Source of the DNA: Guillardia theta CCMP2712
Lineage: Eukaryota; Protista; Cryptophyta
Assembly (NCBI RefSeq): GCF_000315625.1
Contig: NW_005434416.1
Span: 1-45,327 of the forward strand
Length of the DNA: 45,327 bases
Direction of reading: 5' to 3'
A model generated the notes under the pieces. The model saw only the letters and a program-made list of their open reading frames with translations. It had not been told where the DNA came from and ran no database searches. The position numbers were made by a program, and so were the translations under genes. Below are positions 1-10,849 of this stretch, one piece after another. Every line of letters starts with the position of its first letter. Position 1 is the first letter of the stretch.

Positions 1-43
<43 letters not shown>

Positions 44-503
44 GTCCTGTCCTGTCCTGTCCTCTCTCTCCTCTTCCTCTCCTCTCTCTCTCTCCTCTCC
101 TTCCTCTCCTCTCCTCTCCTCTCCTCTCCTCTCCTCTTCTCCTGCATCGTTCGGAGTTGCATCAACTCGCTTCGTCGATTTTGACAACCATCATCGCTCT
201 TTATCATATGTTTGTCCCACATCCCCCCGCAACCCCGTACGGGTCCAGATCTGAGGCGGGTCGGTGATGACGTGAGGGAGCGAGCCAGGGAGCGAGCCAG
301 GGAGCGAGCGAGTGGAGGAGGAGGGCGAGGAGGAGCGAGTAGTGGGAGGCTTGTTCCCGAGGAGACGACTGTCGAGGAGAGCTAGGAAGGCAGGCAGGGA
401 GGGAGGCAACAAGGGAGGGAGGGAGGGAGCGGAAGTTGGAGCAAGGAGGGAGGCTCTAGCCTGTCAGACCTGCATGTAAGAAGGTAGGAAACGAACGAGG
501 GGA

Positions 504-3500
504 ATGAAATCCAGCAAGTCTCGGGGGTTCCAAGGAATCCTGGTGATATGCATCGTCGTCCTCCTCCTCCTCGCCAACCTCATGTGGATGAAGAAGGTGT
601 GCTGTCAGCGAGAAAGTCCGTCAAACTCGCCCTCTCATCCCATTGCCTCCCAGGTTCAGTCGGACCAGGCCCTCCATGATGCAGAGAAGCGGATAGTTGA
701 CTTGTCTTCCAAGATCAAAGTTCTTCAAGGGTCGCTGTCTACCTCTCAGGTGCGTCCTGAGGCAGCTGGGCGCCTCTGACCTGCAGCAGGTGGAGCAGGA
801 GACGGATCATTCGCGCGTCAAGACTCTGATGATGAGGATCAACGAGCTGGAGAGCAAGATGGGTATGCCGGCAGCCGCGTGCTCCTGCTCTGACTCATCT
901 GCCAGGATTCTCGGGCGCCAAGGACACTAGCTCAGCGCTGCAAGGCTCGCCCAACGCGCCTCCTCCCAGCATGTGAGGACGCTTGAGGACGCTGATGCTG
1001 CCGTCATGCGCTGTATGCAGTGTGAAGGGATCAACGGCTGGGAGAGGAGAGAGCGAGAGCGAGAGGAGAGAGAAGAGGTAACGAGCGTTCGTCTCACGAG
1101 ATGTCGTCATGACCGTGTCGGTGGTAGCAACGAGGTCAGTGCGAGCTTCCCCTCATCCGTCCAGCAGTCAGGTGGGACTTACCAAGTTTGACATGATCAC
1201 GGGCGTCTTGCCTTGTTGGAGCGCGATGTTCATACTGCGGTATCAGCAGGAGGAGAGGAGGCTCAAGTCGTCCCCATCATTATCTTTGCGTGCTGCCGAG
1301 CCAAGTACCTCGACAGGTAGAGCTCTTGTCCCCCCCAGCGCACCTGAGAGCTCCTTGCTTCCAGGACCCTCAGCATTGTGTTGGAAAGACTTCCGAAGCA
1401 GAGCAAAGTCAAGTTTGACATCATCGTCTCCCAGGATGGTATCCTCCTCCTCCTCCTCCTCCTCCTCCTCCTCCTCCTCCTCCTCCTCCTCCTCCTCCTC
1501 CCCTCTCTCGCCTCTCCTCTCCTTATCCTTCTCGTTTTTCGCTTCCTCTCCTTCTCTTTCCGTCAAATTTCCTTTCTCTGCTCCCGTCTTTGCTTCTTTC
1601 TTCTCTTCTTCTCTGCTCTCCTCCTCTCCCTTCCTCCGATTTTCGCTTCCCTTCTTTTCCTTCCTTTCGCATGTCTCCTATCGCGTCCTGATGGAATATA
1701 TCAAGGTAATGATCCATCTGTGAAGAGCCTGATGCACACCAAGTAAGAACAACCTTCCTTCAACCCACTCAACCTCTACACCTCCTCTCCTCAACCTTCC
1801 TCATCTCCCCCCACCCTCCTCTCACCCACAACTCTTCCCGTCTCTCCCCCTTCTCCCGCCTCTACTTTCTTCCTTCTCTTATCCTTCTTCTTCTTCTTCT
1901 ACAAGTCACCTTCGACTGCTTGTTATTTCTCACCTACCTCCCCTCTGCCTCTTTTCTCCCTCCCTTCCTCCTGTCTGCCTCCTCCTCTGCGCTTCTTCTT
2001 CCTTCCTCGCACTTGTCGCATGCGAGCAGCGGACTGACTGGCGCAGGTATGCAAACATAAAGTTCTTGGAGCACATGGAGCAGGTGGACCTCAGCACAGC
2101 CGGTCCCCAAGAGCAGGTAGCAGCACGATTTCTAGTGGCTAGTTGACGAAGAAGCATGCCAAGTTGAGAATGAGAGAGGAAGAGAGTGGAGGGAGGATTG
2201 GGGTAAAGGAAAGAGGAAGAGAGAGGAGGGAGGATTGGGGTAAAGGAAAGAGGAAGAGAGAGGAGGGAGGGAGGGCAGGGGGGCAGGAGTAGAGGGAGAG
2301 GAGGGAGGAGGAGTGGGAGGAAGGAGATTGTTATTGACAGAGAGGATTTTAGTTTATTTTGTGTTTCTCCCTCAGCACAATGTCGTCACTAGTCATTTGC
2401 AGGCGAGTTACTATCGCATCGCCCAGCACTATGGCTGGTGCTTCAGCAAAGTGTTTGCGGACCAGGTGGGCCGAGAGCTGGAAGGGTTTGACAAATCTGA
2501 CGTTAGATGGCCCAGAGATACGAGTGGGCGATCGTTCTTGAGGATGGTCAAAGTCGCACGTGCGAGATTCTCTTGCCTTTGACTCTTGACGGGCAGACTT
2601 GGAGGTCGCCGTTGACTTCTTCGAATACATGATGGCTGCTGCGGGCCCCCCCCCCCCCCTCCCCCCCTCGCTGCTGCTGCTGCTGCTGCTCCTCCTCCTC
2701 CTCCTCCTCTCCTCTACCCATCTCCTCTCCTCTTCTCACTTGTGTAACTCCCCGTCACATCTTCATGACCTGGTTGTCCTTAGAGCTTCTCAAGAAGGAT
2801 CCTACTCTCTGGACTGCGACTGCCTGGAACGACAACGGCTTTCCCTCCTACTCTCATGTTGGTTCCTCCTGACTGTCCTGTACTCTCCTCCTCTACCCTC
2901 AACAATTCTTCGTCCTCCTCCACCCTCCTCTCTCATTGTTGCCTTTGCTACTCTTCTTTCACCACCACCTCCACACCAACCCTCCTCCCTCCTCCCTCCT
3001 CCCTCCTCCCTCCTCCCTCCTCCCTCCTCCCTTCTCCCTTCTCCCACTCGTCCTCATGCATTCACAGGATCCTCACAAACTTTATCGCTCCGATTTCTTC
3101 GGAGGACTGGGCTGGCTGCTCACCCGCAAGCTCTGGCAAGAGTTAGGACCCAAGGTCCTCCTCCTCCCCCCTCCTCCTCTCGCCTCCTCTGCCTCCTCCT
3201 CCTTTCTTTCTTCCTCCTCCGCCTCCTCCTCGGTTCCTCGTCCTGTGCTCCTCTCGCCCTTCTCTTCATTGTAATCTCTCTTCCCCTCTCCCTTCCTCGA
3301 CTCTCTTCTTGTGCTTCTTCCTCCTAAAGTTCCTGCCTGCTCTCCTGCAGTGGCCTAAGGCGTACTGGGACGATTGGATGAGGTCAAAGCGCATGGAAGG
3401 AGAAGCAAGAGTAACTTGCACGCAGAGAGCCGAAGCAGAGGATGGGGAGAGCATGTATCCGACCACAGATCTCACGGACGGTGAGGAGGGGGAGGGGGAG

Positions 3501-5026
3501 GGGGAGGAGAGCAAGGAGGAGAAACAGGAGGATTTACAGAAGGAAAAGGAATGCAGGAGGATAAGGGGCCAGGGATTGACTGGATGGAGGGGGAGGGAGG
3601 GAGGGAGGGAGGGAGGGAGGGAGGGAGGGAGGGGAGGGAGGGAGGGAGGGAAAGATTTGATGTGTAGATATTTGTGGTTTCTGTTGAAATTTGAAGATCA
3701 CAAGAAACTGCAGGTGACATTTGGAAAGGAAGGAACAAGTAACGGGCAGGTCAAGACTACAATGTCCCCCTTCCGCCCCTGCCCCTGCCCCTGCCCCTGC
3801 CCCTGCCCCTGCCCCTGCCCCTGCCCCTGCTCCTGCTCCCCTCTGCGCTCGCTTGACAGGCAGGTTTGCAGTTTTTCGATAGTCACCTATCAAAGATGGT
3901 CCTGAATTCCGTGGTAACTCTCATTGCAGCTCTCCCTCCTCCTTTGGCTCCTCCTCTTACTCCTCCTCTTGCTGCTGCTGCCCCTGCTCCTGCTCGTTTC
4001 TCTCCTTCCCCTGTGCTTCACACCCTCACTCTCCTTCCCCTGTTCACGTCCTCGTCTACTCTCTTCCTCTTCCTCCCTCCGACTCTCCCTCTTGATCTTG
4101 CCATCTCATCTCGTTCCTTCAGCATATCGCATGGACCACAAAAGATATCTCCTTCCTCCTCAAAGAAAACTACGACGAGCAGCTCAGGAGGCAGGTGGAG
4201 GAGGCCCCGCTAGTCGGCCTGCATGACTCTCGAGGTTCTCTCCTCCTCCTCCTCCCAGTTCTGCACACGCTCCTGCTCTGCCTCTGCCTCACCTCCTCCT
4301 CCTCCTCCTCCTCCTCCTCCTCCTCCTCCTCCTCCTCCTCCTCTTCCCCCCTTCTTCCTCCCCTTCCTGCTTCTCTAGATCTCATGAAAGCTGGGCAGCT
4401 ACCGGCAAGATTTTCTACAAAGACCACCCGAGCTTCAAGGTTTTGGCGCAGAGTNNNNNNNNNNNNNNNNNNNNNNNNNNNNNNNNNNNNNNNNNNNNNN
4501 NNNNNNNNNNNNNNNNNNNNNNNNNNNNNNNNNNNNNNNNNNNNNNNNNNNNNNNNNNNNNNNNNNNNNNNNNNNNNNNNNNNNNNNNNNNNNNNNNNNN
4601 NNNNNNNNNNNNNNNNNNNNNNNNNNNNNNNNNNNNNNNNNNNNNNNNNNNNNNNNNNNNNNNNNNNNNNNNNNNNNNNNNNNNNNNNNNNNNNNNNNNN
4701 NNNNNNNNNNNNNNNNNNNNNNNNNNNNNNNNNNNNNNNNNNNNNNNNNNNNNNNNNNNNNNNNNNNNNNNNNNNNNNNNNNNNNNNNNNNNNNNNNNNN
4801 NNNNNNNNNNNNNNNNNNNNNNNNNNNNNNNNNNNNNNNNNNNNNNACGGGGGGGGGGGGGGGGAAGAGGACGTGGAGGGGGAAGTGAAAGGGGGTGGGA
4901 GGAGCGAGGAGGAGGATGAGAGGAGGAAGCAGGGAGGAGGAGAGAGGAGGTGACTTGAAGCCGCAGGACATTGTGATCGTCCAGCGAGCTGCAGATCGAG
5001 TGCTCTACCTAGTGAAGAAAGAATAG
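504..5026 (+). CDS. MGAT1: Alpha-1,3-mannosyl-glycoprotein 2-beta-N-acetylglucosaminyltransferase (GnT-I, GT13), multi-exon; part lies in an assembly gap
   Basis: N-terminal signal anchor (ILVICIVVLLLLANLMW) and coiled stem. GT-AG exons then encode VVPIIIFACCRAKYL, FDIIVSQDG, SYYRIAQHYGWCFSKVF, AIVLED|DLEVAVDFFEYM (DxD-type EDD), DPTLWTATAWNDNG, LYRSDFFGGLGWLLTRKLWQELGPK, WPKAYWDDWMR and TFGKEGTSNGQ|FFDSHL. Last exon DIVIVQRAADRVLYLVKKE* follows the N gap. These are diagnostic GT13 motifs. Confidence 0.93.
4455..4846. other. Assembly gap (N run) inside the GnT-I gene
   Basis: Run of 392 n. Confidence 0.99.
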
Positions 5027-5231
5027 AGAAACAACACCAACCCATGCTCACTCGCTTCTTCCTCTTCTGTCCTCCTGCTCCTCCTCTCCTCCTCCCTGCT
5101 TCTCCACTCCCCTCCACTTCGCCTCATACCCAGTCTCCCCCTTTGCCGTCATTGCATGGCAAATCGCATCGATACTATCACCACCCCTCTTTTTCCAGGT
5201 CACACCACCGGTAGTGACTCGATCATCGGGA

Positions 5232-6185
5232 ATGGCAGGGAAACCAGGGCCCCCGGGAGAGGAAGGGAGAGATGAGGCAGGAGGGGGAGGGAGGGAGGAG
5301 GAGAGGAGAGGAGAGGAGGAGGAGCGAAGAGAAGGAGAGAGCGGGGCTGGAAGCGAGCAAGGGGGAGAGAGAGCCTTGAACGGGATCAATCACGATGAGA
5401 GGAAGAGGAAGGGAGAGGAAGAGGAGGACAGAGAGAGCAAGAGGGCCAAGGGGCAGGACGATGGAGGAGGAGGAGGGGCAGAACAGGAGAGAGAAGGGTC
5501 TTCGGACAAGACTAAAGAGGTTCGACGGGAGAGCACAGCTTGCAAAGCATTGTCGCAGATCTTCCGAGGGATGGCGCAAGGGAACGTGAAGGAGGAAGGA
5601 GCAGGTTGCATGATCGAGACCGCGCGAGCCTCTTCCATGTCCGACCAGGAAGTGATCGTGGAAGGAAGAGACGCGATACTGTCCGAGCTCCAGCAGGCAA
5701 CCGACAACTCAGTGAAGGACAGCAAGGTGCGCGTGCTCGCACGACTGAGCATGGAGACGATGGAAGACGACAGCTCGTCTCTCTGCCTCCTCGTCCTTGC
5801 AAGCTCCAAGAACCCTCTCTCCCTTGCCTTCTCCTCCTGCTCCGTCGTGCTCGCTCTGGCTGACAGGCAGCAGCTGGTTGAGGTAGGGAATTCTTGACCT
5901 CCCACCATGCTCACTTGCTATGCAGTTGTGGGTCGGTGACTATGGGGAGACGAAAGAGGAGGAGGTGAGGAGCAAGGAGACGATGATGCGATGCCCGTGG
6001 TGGAGGGACGTCGTGAAGTTGCTCAGGTTTTCTCTTCCGATTGAAACAGAGTCGGTAAGAGAAGGAGGAGAAGAGGAGGAGGAGGAGGTGGTGGTGGTGG
6101 TGGTGGGATGTTGAAGGTTGTGAAGATCGAACTTATTGATTCGGGATGATGATGATAATGGTGGTGGTGGTGGTGGTGGTGGTGG

Positions 6186-6265
<80 letters not shown>

Positions 6266-7535
6266 CGCATAATGATAATGATTGTTAGAGCCTGCGGCAA
6301 TTGCAACCTGATCGACTCGTCTTACTGCAGAATGTCCATTTTGAACTTGCAAGGAGAGAGCAAGAGACGGGAAGTCTGACCATCGACTGCTCGTGGGAGG
6401 TAACGTTGAAACGTTTGGCCGTTACGATTGAGACAGAGGAAACGGACAGGCCAGAGTGATCGGAGCGACACCCACATCCCTGCAGGAGGAGGAAGAGAAG
6501 TTACAACGAGAACAAGTTGAGAAGTCGATCCTAGGTGAAGGAGGAAAGGGAGAGAGAAGAGGAAGAGGGAAGGGGTGGGAGACAGTATAGGAGGGAACAG
6601 GGCAGAAAAGGGGACGCGCGTCAGGGTAGAGGAGGGGAGAGTAGGAGGGAGACGAGGGAATTCAAAGGAGGTAGAACAAGTGTAAAGGAGGTAGAGGATG
6701 AGGGGAGGCTGACGAGGAGAATTGGGGGAGGAAGTGAAAGAGGAGGACATGATTGGTGTCATCAGCGTTCGACAAGGTCAGGTCGCATCTTTCGAGCGAC
6801 AAGAAGTTCGACAAGTCCGCTCCTCTTCTCGTCAAGGTAGACGCTTCTTCCCCCTGGCAGCCCCTGACCGGTAAAGCAGATGATCAGCTCGGATCTCAGA
6901 CAGGAGAATGCGAGCAAAGCTCTTGAGGCAGTCAGAGAAGCTATCGGAACAGGTGTGAAGAGAAGGAAGAGGACTGGGAGGAGGAGGAGGAGGAGGAGGA
7001 GGAGGAGGAGGAGGAGGAGGAGGGACATCGGTAAGGTGAAAGAGAAAGACACTTCAGAGGAGGAGGGGCAAGGGATGGGGAGAGGGAGGAGGAGGATACT
7101 CTGAGATCGCGTTCAGGGGAGCGAGCATTCGCAGACAGCACAAGATCTTTGATCAAAGAGATCATCGACAGCGTCACTAACAAGGTCAGTCAGTGCTGAG
7201 TTGCGCGTCCGTGAGCTCATGTCGGGTCAGTCGGACATTTTCAAGACGGTCACTGGCGACTTTGAGGCCTTGATCAAAGTCTGGAGCATCCTCTCTCACC
7301 TCTCCCACAAGCTGCGCACTGACGACTCGTTCGCGTACGCGAATGCGGCGAAGGAGGTGAGGGAGGAATGGGAAGGAGAGGGTGCGAGCAGGGAGGCGGG
7401 AGGGAAGTGGCAGCGATGGAAGGAGGACGTAGACGCAAGGAAGACGATGCACAGAGAAGATAAAGATGATGACGGAGGTGGCAGAGGAAATAGAGATACA
7501 AAAGTTGGTGGTAGTGATTGAGGTGGCGTAGGGAT

Positions 7536-7569
<34 letters not shown>

Positions 7570-8357
7570 CGGATATTGACGTGCGCTGTTTCAGTTGCTC
7601 GTTCACTTGGAGGGATTGAACGATCAAGCGATTGCATCTGATTACATCCGAGATGTGAGGAAATGCTTGTGTTGTGCTTGCTCCTGACGCTTCCCCGTCT
7701 TGCTTCCTCTTACCCTCCCTCTCCTCCTCCCTACGCTACTCTCAACCCCTCATCTGGTTCACTTCCTTGTTTTCTCTTCTCATCGTCCCACCCCTCCTCG
7801 TCCTCCGCTACTCTCCCTTCCTTTCCTCTGCTTTCATCTTCCTTTTCTCCTGTATCTCCTTCTTTTCCTCGCTCCCTTTCTTGCGGACTACTCCGCTTCC
7901 TCGCGCTTCTCTTTCTCTTCCTCGCGCTTCTCCTTCTCTTCCTCGCGCTTCTCCTTCTCTTCCTTGCTCTGCTCCTCCACCACAAGCAAACTGGCGTCGC
8001 TCTCCTCACCTGCCTCAAAGTCATGGAGAAGAAGCACACGTTCGCCTGGTCTCGCACTCCCCTAGAGATGTGCCTCAAGGTCCTCGTTGACCCCAAGAAA
8101 CGAGCCGCGTTTGGAAGCTCAAGAGAACAGGTCCTCCTCGTTAGCCGCTCCCCTCTCTCGTTACGTACCTGCGTCTTTGCCACCCTTCGTTCTTCGCCTT
8201 CGAGGCTCCCAAGTTCCTCTCCGCTGCTGACCTGTTACTTTCTCAGCTGGAGGATCTCATCAATCGTGTGCGCAAGAAGCGGGAGGGTCAAGTCTCGGAG
8301 GACTCCAAGCTTCACTACCAGTCCAGCGGCTTCCAGCACGGCAAACGAGGATGGTGA
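5232..8357 (+). CDS. Multi-exon uncharacterised protein: charged N-terminus plus a helical C-terminal domain with a TDDSF motif
   Basis: Exons splice in frame: NVHFELARREQ...KSIL|AFDKVRSHLSSDKKFDKSAPLLVK|MISSDLRQENASKALEAVREAIG...VWSILSHLSHKLRTDDSFAYANAAKE...ALLTCLKVMEKKHTFAWSRTPLEMCLK...LEDLINRVRKKREGQ...GW*. From memory it resembles an uncharacterised plant/algal family (KIASHI..KF.KA, TDDSF, L.TCL..A...Y..PW); not verified by search. Confidence 0.6.
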
Positions 8358-9352
8358 CCGGCCCCTGAGCCTTCAGTGTGGCGGCCCGGGGCGGCCCTCG
8401 GGCCCGGGCCGGGCCGGCCGCACTGACTTGAAGGCTCAGTGTAACCGGGCTTGAGGACAAGCAATCATTGAATCATGTTTCAAGTCCGTTTGGACTCTGA
8501 GAGTCGGTACCGTACAGTCACATGCCATGACTCGATGATCGGAACGGAACTTGACACAGTGGCTTTACTCAAAGTGAGTACGGTCCGAGGGGGCGTCACT
8601 GTAGTTTGTCATTGGGATGACTAGTAGGCCTCCCGGAGCCTCGGAGTCCCGGACCACCCAGTGCACACTGTCAGGTGACGCCGGTGGGCTGTCGGACCGT
8701 ACTCAACTGGTGACCCGGCGTGCCGGGGGCCAGTGTGACGGAATACAAGTTTGTTAGACTTGTACTAGTCCAAAGTCACGCAGATATCACATCGACCTTA
8801 GTTGTAGGGGACCTTAGTAAGACGGCTAGGAAAGCCCCCTCTTCGTCCCACACGCTACATGCCGCCTTGAAACACGTAAGTCGTCTTGGTTTACAGGAGA
8901 GTTTTTGTTAACTCGGCGCTATCTGACTGGCACGGCTGGCATACGTTCCATCACAGTGACCCTGGGCGCGCCGGCCGACCGTGCCCCGTGACCGTACGGT
9001 ACGGTACTAGACGCCGGGTCGGCGGTCGGACAAACTCAGACACGCTCGGTCACTGACGTATCGGACTGCCACGCTAGTGCGGCGGCCCCGGTCCGGTACG
9101 GTCGTCGGACGGCACTGCAGGCTTCACGGGCCGGGCGCGGCCCGGCCGTGACGTGTAGCCTGGGCTGGTCTTTTGACTCAAACTCCTTAGTACGCCGAAG
9201 AATGCTGACTGACTTGACTGACAATGCGGCCCAAAGTTAAAAGTCTGTAATAAATTCACTTATGAGATGTTGGTGCTGCCCGAAATAGATTACACGGTTG
9301 GAGCGTTGACTAAACATTTGTACGAAGTCTTTTTTTCCGTTGCTTGTGAGAG

Positions 9353-9373
9353 TTTAACTTAACTTTGAGTAAA
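9353..9373 (+). repeat. Short copy of the dispersed terminal motif
   Basis: TTTAACTTAACTTTGAGTAAA, identical to part of 40573-40613. Shorter copies at 13698-13714 (+) and 8563-8575 (-). Confidence 0.8.
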
Positions 9374-9619
9374 ACTCCAACCACGCAAGTGACCAGGCAT
9401 ACACCCCCCTGAAAGTAGGTCCGCAGCAAGGATACGGCTGCAGGGGGTAGGGTAGTGAAATGCACCAATGACCAAAGAACTTCGGAAGGGGGAGTTTGGG
9501 AGGGGTACTTGGTGTAGTCACCAGCAGGAGACGTGGGGGGTCTGCAACAAAAACATTATAAGTCAGCAAGTTTCGGAACTGCGGTAGTGGGGTGATAGGG
9601 GTGGGGTAGGGAAGGGTAG

Positions 9620-9627
9620 TATAAGTA
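9620..9627 (+). promoter_or_regulatory. Putative TATA box of small gene copy A
   Basis: TATAAGTA ~45 nt before ATG 9667, preceded by a GGGGT-rich tract. The paralogue has the same arrangement. Confidence 0.55.
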
Positions 9628-9666
9628 CGCGGCGTTCTGCGAGGTTGAGGAATCCCTGCCGACAAC

Positions 9667-9859
9667 ATGGTGAGATGAAAAATGAAGAGAATGTGCGCAA
9701 TGATGGTGACAAACGCCCGCCTGATGCGATGATGCAAGGTCTTGATGATTGCTGCTGCTTATGATAATGATAGAGATATGATGATTATCATGATGATGGA
9801 TATATGATGAGGATGATGACAACGACGACGACGACGACAAGGATGAGGATGAGGATGAG

Positions 9860-9918
<59 letters not shown>

Positions 9919-10279
9919 TGACGACGATGAGGATGAGGATGACGACGATGACGACGATAACGATGCATGCATGAATATCTTTTGGATGCGAAGCATGGCT
10001 TTGCCTCTAACATTTGACCTCCAGTTCTCCGAAGTTGTCAGTGGCACCCATGAGCCAAAGTTCACTTCCGAGTGGCCCACTACTACCATCAGCAACCAGA
10101 AGAGGGTCAGCGGCAACAAGGGAGCCAAGTGGAACTATGGTGACAACTTTGGCGGAGGTGACGATTACAGCACCGATCACACCATCTTCGGCAACTTTGG
10201 TGTCAAGGACACTGCTTACAGTGGAAGCGACGGGATCAAGCTCTGCCCTGGCACGCACAACGCTGAGTGCTCCGGATAA
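9667..10279 (+). CDS. Small Gly/Asn/Trp-rich protein, copy A (85 aa); exon 1 = ATG only (9667-9669), exon 2 = 10025-10279
   Basis: ATG|GTGAGA donor and ...TTGACCTCCAG| acceptor are both conserved in the paralogue. Product M-FSEVVSGTHEPKFTSEWPTTTISN...WNYGDNFGGGDDY...KLCPGTHNAECSG*. AATAAA lies downstream. Confidence 0.75.
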
Positions 10280-10708
10280 ACATAAACATCGGATGCAGAC
10301 GGTTGATGCCAACCTCCCCACTCACACTGGGAACGAGAGACTAATAAACGTCTTTCTATTCTATTACCTACATGTCTCTCTTGTACGTGCGAGCGTGATG
10401 TGAAGATGGCTTACGAAGCCTTGAAGACGATGAGATGCTTGACTCGAGCAATCGTTATCACACAAGCACACACCAGTCGATGTGACCTGCCTTGACTGTG
10501 ATACTCGCAAGGGCGACAGCACCGATGGCTGCGAGACAGAGTCTGATGTCTGCTTGCCTGCTATCATCACTGATGAGTGTGCGAGGCTTGTTGTGGGTGC
10601 TGCCAGGTCGAGCACAGGGATACCTGGGAGAGCAACACGAGGCTGAACGGCTGAGTCATGGCTGCAACGTTGAACGAAAGCTTATCGGATGAAGATGATG
10701 TTATGGAG
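9667..10708 (+). repeat. Direct segmental duplication, copy A (copy B = 14395-15340)
   Basis: Intron ends, exon 2 and ~430 bp of 3' flank align between copies. The first ~125 bp after the stop codon are identical. Confidence 0.95.
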
Positions 10709-10849
10709 GAACCATGCCGCTGAGGACAGAGAGAACGGTGAGTTATCAATGTAGTGCTTATTTTGCATGATTTATGTTTTCTCCCAGTCTAATTGTGTAT
10801 GTCTCTACTAGTACATTTGAACACTATCACATCAAATTGTAGTGATAGC

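Noticed and set aside
4170-5117. ORFs containing long X runs
   Set aside because: They read through an assembly gap.
1109-8454. Many long ORFs with poly-S/E/L/R/H/M runs (also 19-22.7 kb)
   Set aside because: They are artefacts of stop-free microsatellites in introns. The real exons are short islands within them.
10568-10685. Hammerhead ribozyme suggested by CTGATGAG...CGAAA in the duplicated flank
   Set aside because: No convincing stem II closes onto the GAAA, and copy B has CGAAG at that position.
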